Part shown: piece after piece, positions 1 to 8,234 of the stretch | How positions within the stretch are numbered: position 1 is the stretch's first letter | Layout: every line of letters begins with the position of its first letter | DNA from: Nonlabens ponticola | GTDB lineage: Bacteria; Bacteroidota; Bacteroidia; Flavobacteriales; Flavobacteriaceae | DNA: 32,000 bases | NCBI RefSeq assembly: GCF_003966335.1 | Contig: NZ_CP034549.1 | Span: 1,800,001 to 1,832,000 of the forward strand | Direction of reading: 5' to 3' | Program-made: the position numbers and the translations under genes | The notes under the pieces: generated by a model | What the model was told of the DNA's origin: nothing | The model's database searches: none | Seen by the model: only the letters and a program-made list of their open reading frames with translations

Positions 1-2
1 TA

Positions 3-962
3 GGACGTATCGTCTTTAGAGCAACGCTCGAGCGTGATAATGTCGAAGTTGTTGCTATCAACGACCTTGTTGATGTGGAGCAACTTGCATACCTACTAGA
101 ATATGATTCTGTACATGGTCGTTATGGTGGATCTATCGAGATTAAAGATGGTAACCTTATCATCGATGGAGTCCATGTGCGCGTTACTGCAGAGCGTGAT
201 CCAAAGAATCTTAAATGGGACGATGTGGATGTAGATGTTGTTGCAGACTGCACAGGAATCTTTACAGACCTTGACACGGCACAAGCGCATATCGACGCTG
301 GTGCTAAGAAAGTGGTGATTTCCGCTCCATCAAAAACAGCTCCTATGTTTGTGATGGGTGTCAATGACAATGAGCTAACAGCAGATCATACTATAGTATC
401 AAACGCATCTTGTACTACTAACTGTCTAGCGCCTATGGCAAAGATCCTGGATGATAACTTTGGTATCGAGGAAGCATTGATGACAACGGTACACGCAGCC
501 ACAGCTACCCAGGCTACTGTTGATGGACCTAGCAAGAAGAACTATAGATTAGGTCGTAGTGCCTTGAATAATATTATACCTACATCTACCGGTGCAGCTG
601 TTGCCGTGACTAAGGTAATACCTTCACTAAAGGGTAAATTGACTGGTATGGCCTTCCGCGTGCCAACTGCTGACGTATCTGTGGTTGACCTAACTGTAAA
701 ACTAAAGAAAGAAACATCTTTAGAAGAAGTGAGCGCAGCCTTTAAAAAAGCATCTCAAGGTGCTATGAAAGGTGTAGTAGGATATACTGATGAGCCTGTG
801 GTATCACAGGATTTTGTTAGCGATGCACGTACAAGCATCTATGATGCTGATGCAGCGATTGAGTTAAACCCTACTTTTTACAAATTAGTGAGCTGGTATG
901 ACAATGAGTTTGGTTACTCAAACAAGCTTGTTGACCTTGCAGAAAAAGTAAATTCTCTCTAA
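3..962 (+). CDS. gap: type I glyceraldehyde-3-phosphate dehydrogenase, N-terminus cut by the window edge
   Basis: The frame is open from nt 3 ([22 protein letters not shown]...) into listed ORF 75..962. Contains the catalytic [12 protein letters not shown] motif and C-terminal WYDNEFGYS. Confidence 0.95.
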   Translation, partial: GRIVFRATLERDNVEVVAINDLVDVEQLAYLLEYDSVHGRYGGSIEIKDGNLIIDGVHVRVTAERDPKNLKWDDVDVDVVADCTGIFTDLDTAQAHIDAGAKKVVISAPSKTAPMFVMGVNDNELTADHTIVSNASCTTNCLAPMAKILDDNFGIEEALMTTVHAATATQATVDGPSKKNYRLGRSALNNIIPTSTGAAVAVTKVIPSLKGKLTGMAFRVPTADVSVVDLTVKLKKETSLEEVSAAFKKASQGAMKGVVGYTDEPVVSQDFVSDARTSIYDADAAIELNPTFYKLVSWYDNEFGYSNKLVDLAEKVNSL

Positions 963-975
963 CCAACCATTCCCT

Positions 976-1007
976 AAAGCTGCTAGTATTTTACTAGCAG
1001 CTTTTTT
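976..1007 (+). terminator. rho-independent terminator of gap
   Basis: Perfect inverted repeat AAAGCTGCTAGTA (976-988) / TACTAGCAGCTTT (992-1004) with a 3-nt loop, running into TTTTTT (1002-1007), 14 nt after the gap stop. Confidence 0.85.
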
Positions 1008-1030
1008 ATGTTTAAATAATACCATCTTTT

Positions 1031-1885
1031 ATGATACTTATTACTGATAGCGGTTCAACAAAATGCGACTGGATTGCGCTCGATGAAAAAGGCGAGCAGC
1101 TATTTAAAACGCGCACTGAGGGCATGAATCCAGCAATCCTATCAGTAGAAGAGCTGCAATCTCGTATGGTGAGCAGTGAAGAGTTGGTATCCAGTAAAGA
1201 TGAGGTAACCCAAGTGTTTTTTTACGGTGCTGGTTGTGGTACAGAAAAGCCCAGAATGGCTTTGCAAGTATTGTTACAAACCTATTTCTCTAATGCAGAG
1301 GTAACTGTAAAAGAAGATACAGCAGCAGCGGTATATGCAGCAGTAGGCGATAAGCCTGGTGTGGTTTGCATTCTAGGTACCGGATCAAATTGTTGCTTCT
1401 CTGATGGTAAGAACATCACTCATAAGGTAACCAGCTTAGGTTATACACTTATGGATGAGGCTAGTGGTAACTGGTATGGGAAAGAATTGATAAGAGATTA
1501 TTACTTCAAAAATATGCCAGAAGATCTGAGAAAATCGTTTGCCGTGGCCTATGACATGGAAAGTGATCATATCAAATTTAATCTTTATAAACAGCCCAAC
1601 CCAAACGCTTATCTAGCAAAGCATGCAGAATTTATTTTTCAGAATTTAGACGAGCGCTACATTAAAAAATTACTGCGTCGTGGTTTGCGCAAATTTTCCC
1701 GTAACATGATCCTTCAATTCCATGAAGAGATTAAGGCGCATCAAGTCCATTTTGTGGGTAGCATCGCACATTTTGCTGAGCGTCGCATCAAGCAAGTTGC
1801 TGGTGAGTTTGACTATGAGGTAGGCAATATAGTACGCAGACCTATAGAAGGCCTAGTGGATTATCATCGCGCGAAGTTGGCGTAA
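1031..1885 (+). CDS. BadF/BadG/BcrA/BcrD-type ATPase, N-acetylglucosamine kinase-like
   Basis: N-terminal ILITDSGSTKCDW and ILGTGSN resemble the ASKHA phosphate-1 and phosphate-2 motifs. 284 aa is a typical size for the family. Confidence 0.65.
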   Translation: MILITDSGSTKCDWIALDEKGEQLFKTRTEGMNPAILSVEELQSRMVSSEELVSSKDEVTQVFFYGAGCGTEKPRMALQVLLQTYFSNAEVTVKEDTAAAVYAAVGDKPGVVCILGTGSNCCFSDGKNITHKVTSLGYTLMDEASGNWYGKELIRDYYFKNMPEDLRKSFAVAYDMESDHIKFNLYKQPNPNAYLAKHAEFIFQNLDERYIKKLLRRGLRKFSRNMILQFHEEIKAHQVHFVGSIAHFAERRIKQVAGEFDYEVGNIVRRPIEGLVDYHRAKLA

Positions 1886-1949
1886 ATAGATGTGCTGCTT
1901 TAAAAGTCAATGGTGCCATTAGCATGAAGAAAATGCGATCTTTTTTGTT

Positions 1950-2471
1950 TTAATGAAACTTGATATATTCAATATCTAGTTTAAAGTCGCTGGATTCATC
2001 ACGTAGATGAAGGAAGTTATATCTTAAAATGGTTTCCTTAAATTCATCTTTAGGCCTGCGTGTCATGTAGCCTTCTTGCATATTGAATAACTTGAGGTCA
2101 TCCATATCAACATGCCAGGTAGTCCAATGATCTTTTACAAGATCAATGGTAACACTCAACTTCTCGTCCTGCCAACCTTCTTTATATTCCATTTGAAATT
2201 CAAATGGTTGACCATCAGTACGCAATCTTATCTCAATAAAATTATAATTACTTAAATCTTGAATTTTTCTTTTAGAACGCAGCGCTGCCCATCTTAAAAT
2301 ACCAGATTTTTTGATGTGGCCTGACATTTCAAGATACTCCTCATGTTGAATTAAGTCGGCTTTACTCAAGCCGCCTGCGATCTTATCTGTAATAGCAGTC
2401 CATTCAAATTCTCGTTGATTTTCTTCAAAAAGAATTTCAATAGGTGTGATTTTATAATTTCTAAAGTCCAA
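1950..2471 (-). CDS. CIA30-like (complex I intermediate-associated protein 30 family) domain protein
   Basis: 173-aa ORF. WTAITDKIAGGLSKA near the N-terminus resembles the W..vnD.VMGG.S signature of bacterial CIA30 proteins. Assignment by eye only. Confidence 0.45.
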   Translation of the reverse strand: MDFRNYKITPIEILFEENQREFEWTAITDKIAGGLSKADLIQHEEYLEMSGHIKKSGILRWAALRSKRKIQDLSNYNFIEIRLRTDGQPFEFQMEYKEGWQDEKLSVTIDLVKDHWTTWHVDMDDLKLFNMQEGYMTRRPKDEFKETILRYNFLHLRDESSDFKLDIEYIKFH

Positions 2472-2511
2472 TGGTAGTATTATTCCTTCTAAAGATAATT
2501 AGAAACATTTT

Positions 2512-3189
2512 TTAAAGCGATTGTTTGAAATGAATAGTTTCGAGATTTTTTGGATCAAGAAAGCAGTAAATCATGATGTCACTATCTGGAACTTGGTATT
2601 GAAATAAAAATTTCAACGGTTTTATAATTCGATAATCGACATCATTGATAAGCCATTGTGGATATCCAGCTAGTTGATTTGACGATGGTTGATTATTCTG
2701 ACTTTTTGTTGACAGCATTTTATTTTTTGCTTCACGATATAATGTCCAAGGATGATTTGGGGAAAGCGCTACAATTTTATGATGTAATTCTGGATTGATG
2801 TGAATGATCGCTTCCCACATAGGTAGAGAATAATTCTCGTTTGCAATCTTTACAGAATTATCAACTTGACTGACATTCACCTCCATGAAATCTTTGCTAC
2901 TTTGCTTAACCGCTTTTGTAAGTAAGTAGACATCAAGATTATAATCTGGATGATGCAAGGTTGCTAGATATGGTAAACGATTTATTTCCTTTCCAGTATG
3001 ACTTAAATGGCTACCATTTAATAATTTATCAACTGAAAATGGGTAAGAAGTCAGTAGTAAAGGTCTTATTAATTCAATTACTTCTTCAATCGCGGAATCA
3101 TTTATTCTAGGCACCTTGTCGCGAGTGCGCATGAGTTGCTCATAATAGCTTAAAACATTACCCCAATGCTTTTCCAGATACTTCCACAT
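2512..3189 (-). CDS. hypothetical protein with a weakly DUF1963/YwqG-like C-terminus
   Basis: Clean 225-aa ORF with no competing frame. C-terminal LAGYPQWLINDV...KFLFQYQV...IMIYCFLD loosely fits the GGxPxWxQ...LLxQ...lyfF pattern of DUF1963. Spot GC counts are about 30-35%. The CDS is likely real; the function is very uncertain. Confidence 0.3.
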   Translation of the reverse strand: MWKYLEKHWGNVLSYYEQLMRTRDKVPRINDSAIEEVIELIRPLLLTSYPFSVDKLLNGSHLSHTGKEINRLPYLATLHHPDYNLDVYLLTKAVKQSSKDFMEVNVSQVDNSVKIANENYSLPMWEAIIHINPELHHKIVALSPNHPWTLYREAKNKMLSTKSQNNQPSSNQLAGYPQWLINDVDYRIIKPLKFLFQYQVPDSDIMIYCFLDPKNLETIHFKQSL

Positions 3190-3191
3190 AA

Positions 3192-3230
3192 ACTAAAAAT
3201 AAGAAAAGCATCCAATCATTGGATGCTTTT
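3192..3230 (-). terminator. probable rho-independent terminator of the DUF349 gene
   Basis: 11-bp inverted repeat AAAAGCATCCA (3204-3214) / TGGATGCTTTT (3220-3230). On the minus-strand transcript the hairpin is followed by CUUAUUUUUAG. It lies 23 nt after the stop at 3253. Confidence 0.6.
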
Positions 3231-3252
3231 CAATAATGGATTTGATAAAGAA

Positions 3253-5388
3253 TTAATTCTCTTCTTGTTCGTCATTCTCCGTTTCAGTTTCAGGCGCGTT
3301 GTCTTTTTCTATCTGGCGTTGTAGAATATTCAACTGCTTTTGCTTTTCCTTGATCACATCCAGCTCTTTTTGAAGAGCGTCAATATTCTTGCGCTGTTGG
3401 ATAAGCAGTGGATTCTTATCGTCCTTTGCATTAAAGAATTGCAGATTGTTCTCAAGCTGACGCATCTCGTCCTGAATCTCATCGCGACGCTTGCGCAGGT
3501 AGAAACGTTCATTTTTAAAATCTCGTTCTTCACCTTCTTTGAGGCTGGATAACTTGTTCTCGTACTTGATCATTTCTGCATCGACAGCGCTCAATCCAGC
3601 TGCCGTCAATTTAGATTTTACTAGCTTGTCAAACTTATCGTGGATATGACGCTTTGAGTGAGGAACGCGACCTATGGTAGCCCATTCATCCATAATGGCT
3701 TTTACCTGAGATTGCATGGCGTCTTGATCATCTTGAGGCAACAATTCCTTGAGCTTATCATATACTTTTACTTTCTCCTCAAAGTTTGCAAGCTCCTCTT
3801 TGTTCTCTGCTTTTTTCTGGGCGTTTTTTTGATCAAAGAATGCGTTACAAGCTTTCTGGAATCGTTTCCAGATCCTGTCGCTATCCTTCCGTGGCACATG
3901 ACCTATTTTTTTCCAGTCTGCTTGAATACGTTTCATGATATCCAGCGATTCCTGAAAATTCTCTGAATCTTGATGCTGCTCTGCAATGGCAATGAGCTTC
4001 ATCTTCTTATCAAGATTTTTCTGCTGTTCCTCTTTTAAGGACTTATAGTAATCATTTTTGGCTTTATTGAATTCTCTAGTTGCCGTACGGAAGTTATTCC
4101 ATACCTGATTATTTACTTTTTTAGGCGCTGGACCAGTTTGCATAAACAGTTCACGCAACGCGTTCACTTCTTTTAAACGTTCTTGCCAATCTTTATGGGA
4201 CTTAGGCTCACTTTCTACAATGCGCTCAATCTCTGCAATAATGTTCTCCTTAATGACTTGATTCTTCTCAGCTTGTTTATCTCGTTCAGCATAGTATTCT
4301 TGACGCTTCTCATGGATCACGTCACTAGCAGCTTTGAATTCATCCCAGATTGGATCTCTCATTTCTTTGGCAACAGGACCGCTGTCTTCTTTCCACATAC
4401 GGTGTAGTTCCTGCAGCTCACGCAGTGCTTTGTGAATGTCTTGCTCCTCAGCAAGTTCCTTAGCTCTCGCAATAATCTTGTGTCTAAATTCAAGATTACG
4501 TTCAAAATCCTTATCGCGTAACTCCTTACTTAAAGAGATGTAGTCATAAAAATTCTGTACATGCAAGCGGTAATCTTCCCAGATGATATTGTAGGCATCA
4601 TGTGGTATGCTACCCGTGTTTTTCCATTCATCCTGATATTGATTGAATTTTTTGAACGTGGTTCCTATATTCTCTTCTTCATCGATTAGATTCTTTATAC
4701 CTTCAATGATAGCGCGACGTTTCTCAAGATTACTTTCTTGTTCTTTTCTAATCGCACGCTGGTGTTCACCTTTTTTCTTGCGGTATAAGCTATGTAAGTC
4801 GGTAAAAGCCTTACTGTCCTTGTTATTGTATTCAAAAGTTGATCTATCAGCTTCTGGTAAGGTTTCTTGATCAGCGGTAAACCGCTTAAGATCTGCTGCC
4901 TTTAGTTCCTCGTCTTTAAGCTTAAATGCCTTTTCAATCTCAATGGCCTGCTTTTTAAAACTATTGATAGGATATTCCTGTATCAATTCTCGCAACTCAT
5001 CAGATAGTTGAGCAATCGTCAGGTTAGAATAATCCTTTGCTTCTGGAGATTTGGAATTTTCATCTGTAGATACATCTTCCTCTTCATCCTCATCTTCATC
5101 TTCTTCGTCAACCTCGACAATAGGATCGTTGGTGGTTTCTACTTTTTTCTTCTCTTCAACAATAGCATCTTCATGTGTGCTTGAATCGTCCACAGGTGCA
5201 TCGACCTTGTTATTGCCAGGCACGGTTTTCTCGGCAGATTCTGGTTCTACCTCGATGTGTTCTTCGTTTTTGGCTTTTTCAGATTCTTCGACGATCGCTT
5301 TTTCATGCGCGTCTGGTCTGTTGGCTGCCTCTTCTTGAGAGGTTATTTTTCCATCTGCTTTAGGTTGCAGGTTGTCATTCGTTTCCAT
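3253..5388 (-). CDS. DUF349 domain-containing helical-repeat protein with an acidic N-terminal tract
   Basis: Repeated W/F-x2-xG-x-xP...W-x2-F units: WKNTGSIPHDAYNIIWEDYR, WKEDSGPVAKEMRDPIWDEFK, FMQTGPAPKKVNNQVWNNFR, WKKIGHVPRKDSDRIWKRFQ, WATIGRVPHSKRHIHDKFD. N-terminal VDEEDEDEDEEEDV run. K/E-rich throughout. Confidence 0.75.
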   Translation of the reverse strand: METNDNLQPKADGKITSQEEAANRPDAHEKAIVEESEKAKNEEHIEVEPESAEKTVPGNNKVDAPVDDSSTHEDAIVEEKKKVETTNDPIVEVDEEDEDEDEEEDVSTDENSKSPEAKDYSNLTIAQLSDELRELIQEYPINSFKKQAIEIEKAFKLKDEELKAADLKRFTADQETLPEADRSTFEYNNKDSKAFTDLHSLYRKKKGEHQRAIRKEQESNLEKRRAIIEGIKNLIDEEENIGTTFKKFNQYQDEWKNTGSIPHDAYNIIWEDYRLHVQNFYDYISLSKELRDKDFERNLEFRHKIIARAKELAEEQDIHKALRELQELHRMWKEDSGPVAKEMRDPIWDEFKAASDVIHEKRQEYYAERDKQAEKNQVIKENIIAEIERIVESEPKSHKDWQERLKEVNALRELFMQTGPAPKKVNNQVWNNFRTATREFNKAKNDYYKSLKEEQQKNLDKKMKLIAIAEQHQDSENFQESLDIMKRIQADWKKIGHVPRKDSDRIWKRFQKACNAFFDQKNAQKKAENKEELANFEEKVKVYDKLKELLPQDDQDAMQSQVKAIMDEWATIGRVPHSKRHIHDKFDKLVKSKLTAAGLSAVDAEMIKYENKLSSLKEGEERDFKNERFYLRKRRDEIQDEMRQLENNLQFFNAKDDKNPLLIQQRKNIDALQKELDVIKEKQKQLNILQRQIEKDNAPETETENDEQEEN

Positions 5389-5451
5389 GGTAAATGGTTT
5401 TAAAGGATGGCAAGATAATTAGAATATACACGGTTGCCAATGATCGTCACA

Positions 5452-6243
5452 CTAGTTATTCCACAATTCCCAGGCCTTTTCTGCTTGATGGACAAGCATC
5501 TGGTAACCGTTAGAGACTCTGGCGCCATGCTGTAAGCCCAGTTTCATAAATAGGGTAGTAGGTGGATTGTAGACCAGATCAAACAGTACGTGGCTCCCAT
5601 TTAAATGCTCATAAGGAATTGCAGGTTTACCGCTTACATCTGGATGCGTTCCCAGCGGTGTGGTATTTACAATGAGCCCTATCTGATCCAGCACATTTTT
5701 ATTAATCGATTTATAATCTATGGTGTGCTCGTCTTGTGGATCGCGACTCACTTTTAAATAAGGAATCGACAGTGCCTCCAGCGTATAAGCAATCGCCATT
5801 GATGCGCCACCAGTACCTAAAATAAGCGCGTTACTATTGATAGGCAAGAATGGTTCTAGACCTTTCCCAAAGCCATAGGCATCTGTATTATGACCTATCC
5901 ACACATTATCCTCAATGGTAATCGTATTGATGGCACCTATTTTTTGTGCCTCGTCACTCACATGGTCCATGATCTTAAAAACACTTTGCTTATACGGTAT
6001 TGTCACGTTAAGGCCTCTAATGATCTCGTGTTTTCCTTGTGTTGTGCGCTGTCGTTTGTTGTATGTTACGCTTTCGCGAAAGCTAACTAAATCATCCTCG
6101 TGCGCTATTTCAAAATTGCGGTAGTGATGATCTTTGAGCCCTAATTCCTCAAATTTATTACTGAAATAAGAGCGTGAAAAGCTATAATCCAGTCGTTCAC
6201 CAATAAGGCCAAAAATGCTATGCGGGATTTGCTTGATTTCCAT
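5452..6243 (-). CDS. aroE: shikimate dehydrogenase
   Basis: FGLIGERLDYSFS, GLNVTIPYK, NTDAYGF and LILGTGGAS (NADP-binding glycine motif). The start overlaps the upstream DUF368 gene by 26 nt. Confidence 0.9.
   Translation of the reverse strand: MEIKQIPHSIFGLIGERLDYSFSRSYFSNKFEELGLKDHHYRNFEIAHEDDLVSFRESVTYNKRQRTTQGKHEIIRGLNVTIPYKQSVFKIMDHVSDEAQKIGAINTITIEDNVWIGHNTDAYGFGKGLEPFLPINSNALILGTGGASMAIAYTLEALSIPYLKVSRDPQDEHTIDYKSINKNVLDQIGLIVNTTPLGTHPDVSGKPAIPYEHLNGSHVLFDLVYNPPTTLFMKLGLQHGARVSNGYQMLVHQAEKAWELWNN
6053..6090. repeat. palindromic element copy A, embedded in-frame in aroE
   Basis: TTTGTTGTATGTTACGCTTTCGCGAAAGCTAACTAA. It carries the CTTTCGCGAAAG core (6071-6082) plus a GT-rich left arm matching copy C (TTGTTGT..TTACG). 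Translated on the minus strand as SFRESVTYNKRQ. Confidence 0.6.
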
Positions 6244-7261
6244 AATGATCTAACAGATAAATGATGCCAAAACCTAGTCCAATAACCACGATCGCGATCC
6301 ATGTGTGCGGTTCCTGCAATGATGGGAAATAACGGGCATAGTTCTCAAGGATGGGATCACCAGCGGCATCCATCATGGTCGTACCATTCTCGGTTACTTT
6401 GTAAACCTCTTTCTTCCACGGCCATACAACGCCCAATGAGCCAGTGATAAATCCTATGATACTCGCGTTAGTCTCACCACGGTAATGTTTCATTGTCCAG
6501 CCCAATAAATGCGACAGAGTAATCAAACCCACCAGTGATCCTAAAATAAAAACGGCTAGAATTATAAGTAGATCTGTTTGAGTATCGTCATACCACCATT
6601 CAAAATTCCAGCTGAAAATCTTGACAATGGCATTGAGAAATGCGTTGATGCTATCGACCATGAGTAATACATAATTGCCTAATAATATAAGCAGAAATGA
6701 ACCACTCAAACCAGGTATGGCCATACCTGAAATGCTCACCATACCACAAAAGAATATGAAAATCAAGTTGGTATTGGTCGTTGCTGGATCTAGCAACGAC
6801 GTGCCTATACCTACCACGGCGCCGCCTAACAAAAACATGACCCTGCGACTGGTCCAGTTTTCATAATTGCGAGATAGGTAATATATCGAGCCCAGAATCA
6901 TCCCAAAGAATAGTGCCCAAACGAGAATAGGGTAGTAGCTTATCAATACATCAAAGCCCAGACTTACCGTGAAGTAACTAATGAATTCTCCCAAAATCAA
7001 TAGGAACAAAAACCGACCATTCACATACTCATAAAAACTACGGAATCTACCGCCCAACAATAATTGAAATGAGACGCCATTGAGCCGCTGGAAGGAATAT
7101 AGAAACTCTTCATAAAAACCTGCTACGTATGCTACCACGCCACCACTGACACCAGGAACCTTATTGGCGGTTCCCATAGCCATACCTTTAAGCACTAGAA
7201 AGAACTTGTCTGAAAGACTGCGAGTAGGTTGTGGATGTACTATGGTTTTTGACTTGCCCAT
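6218..7261 (-). CDS. DUF368 family membrane protein (family reported as polyprenyl-phosphate transporter, PopT-like), paralog 2
   Basis: Polytopic membrane protein with VPGVSGG near the N-terminus and a second IPGLSGS motif. Overlaps the upstream paralog by 22 nt. Confidence 0.8.
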   Translation of the reverse strand: MGKSKTIVHPQPTRSLSDKFFLVLKGMAMGTANKVPGVSGGVVAYVAGFYEEFLYSFQRLNGVSFQLLLGGRFRSFYEYVNGRFLFLLILGEFISYFTVSLGFDVLISYYPILVWALFFGMILGSIYYLSRNYENWTSRRVMFLLGGAVVGIGTSLLDPATTNTNLIFIFFCGMVSISGMAIPGLSGSFLLILLGNYVLLMVDSINAFLNAIVKIFSWNFEWWYDDTQTDLLIILAVFILGSLVGLITLSHLLGWTMKHYRGETNASIIGFITGSLGVVWPWKKEVYKVTENGTTMMDAAGDPILENYARYFPSLQEPHTWIAIVVIGLGFGIIYLLDHYGNQANPA

Positions 7262-8196
7262 CGCTCTAAGATAAGTATAAGGGCTAGACCTATCACTGTT
7301 AAAACGATCACTAATAATATCTGCGGATCACCATCAAATTGACTTGGTAAAACGCTTCTTTCAAGAAATGGAACTTCTTGACCTTCAGAATTTAATCGGG
7401 TAGAGATAACCTCTTTCCATGGCCATAGTTTGTTAAGCGACCCAATCATGAAACCTGTTAAAAGTGCGAGCGTTAAGTTTTCTTTATGTTCAAATAACCA
7501 CGTTAACGCGCGTGAAAACACCTTAATTCCTAGAATGGCGCCGATACCAATTAGCGCAATGTTTCCTAGATTGGATAACGCTTCTTTCCACTCGCCGGCT
7601 GCAATACTTTCTACCAGTCCTGTAATAGAATTGAGAACGGTTTGATAACTACCTAAAAGTAGTAATAAAAATGCGCCAGAAACACCAGGAAGTATCATCG
7701 CGATGATAGCAATAAAACCAGAAAATATTAAGTACCACCAACTATCTGGCGATCCCAATGGCTCTGCAATGGTTATATAGTAAGATATTGCCGTGCCGCT
7801 TATGATAGCTATAATCACCAGCACATTCCAATGTTTGATCTGTTTACCTATATACCAGATGCTCGCGAGCACTAATCCAAAGAAAAAAGCCCAAACCAGT
7901 ACTGGATGTTCTTCAAGCAAATAGGTGATAACCTTGGACAGACTCAATATGCTGATTAAAATACCTCCAAAAAGCGCCACGAGAAATCCTAGATTGTATT
8001 TTTTGATGGTGGCGTTGAATCCTAATTCCTTGAAATCTTTGAAAATTCCCAGATCTAGATCGTCAATTGTTCTAATCAGCTCTTCATAAATTCCTGTGAT
8101 AAATGCAATAGTACCACCACTAACGCCAGGTACTACATCTGCTGCACCCATGAGTATTCCTTTTAATATTACGCTTATGTTGCGTGGTAATGCCAT
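7240..8196 (-). CDS. DUF368 family membrane protein (PopT-like), paralog 1
   Basis: VVPGVSGGTIAFITGIYEELI and a second LPGVSGAFLLLLLG motif. Polytopic membrane protein. Confidence 0.8.
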   Translation of the reverse strand: MALPRNISVILKGILMGAADVVPGVSGGTIAFITGIYEELIRTIDDLDLGIFKDFKELGFNATIKKYNLGFLVALFGGILISILSLSKVITYLLEEHPVLVWAFFFGLVLASIWYIGKQIKHWNVLVIIAIISGTAISYYITIAEPLGSPDSWWYLIFSGFIAIIAMILPGVSGAFLLLLLGSYQTVLNSITGLVESIAAGEWKEALSNLGNIALIGIGAILGIKVFSRALTWLFEHKENLTLALLTGFMIGSLNKLWPWKEVISTRLNSEGQEVPFLERSVLPSQFDGDPQILLVIVLTVIGLALILILERWASQKP

Positions 8197-8234
8197 GAGA
8201 ACGACTAGTTATGAAATTGACTTAAAATGAAAAT

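Noticed and set aside
3340-5363. A series of plus-strand ORFs (3340..3552, 3658..3966, 4183..4407, 4643..4870, 5051..5338, 5175..5363), including a Ser-rich 95-aa ORF.
   Set aside because: All are antisense to the strongly supported DUF349 gene. K/E/D-rich codons (AAR/GAR/GAY) read as stop-poor L/F/S codons on the opposite strand. The poly-Ser run mirrors the acidic tract, and no independent motif supports any of them.
7693-7708. 16-nt perfect palindrome TATCATCGCGATGATA inside a DUF368 gene. Also the 10-nt palindromes GATCGCGATC (about 6280) and GCTCGCGAGC (7861-7870).
   Set aside because: About 0.5 perfect 16-nt palindromes are expected by chance in 32 kb (32000/4^8). They are single occurrences with a sequence unrelated to the repeated element.
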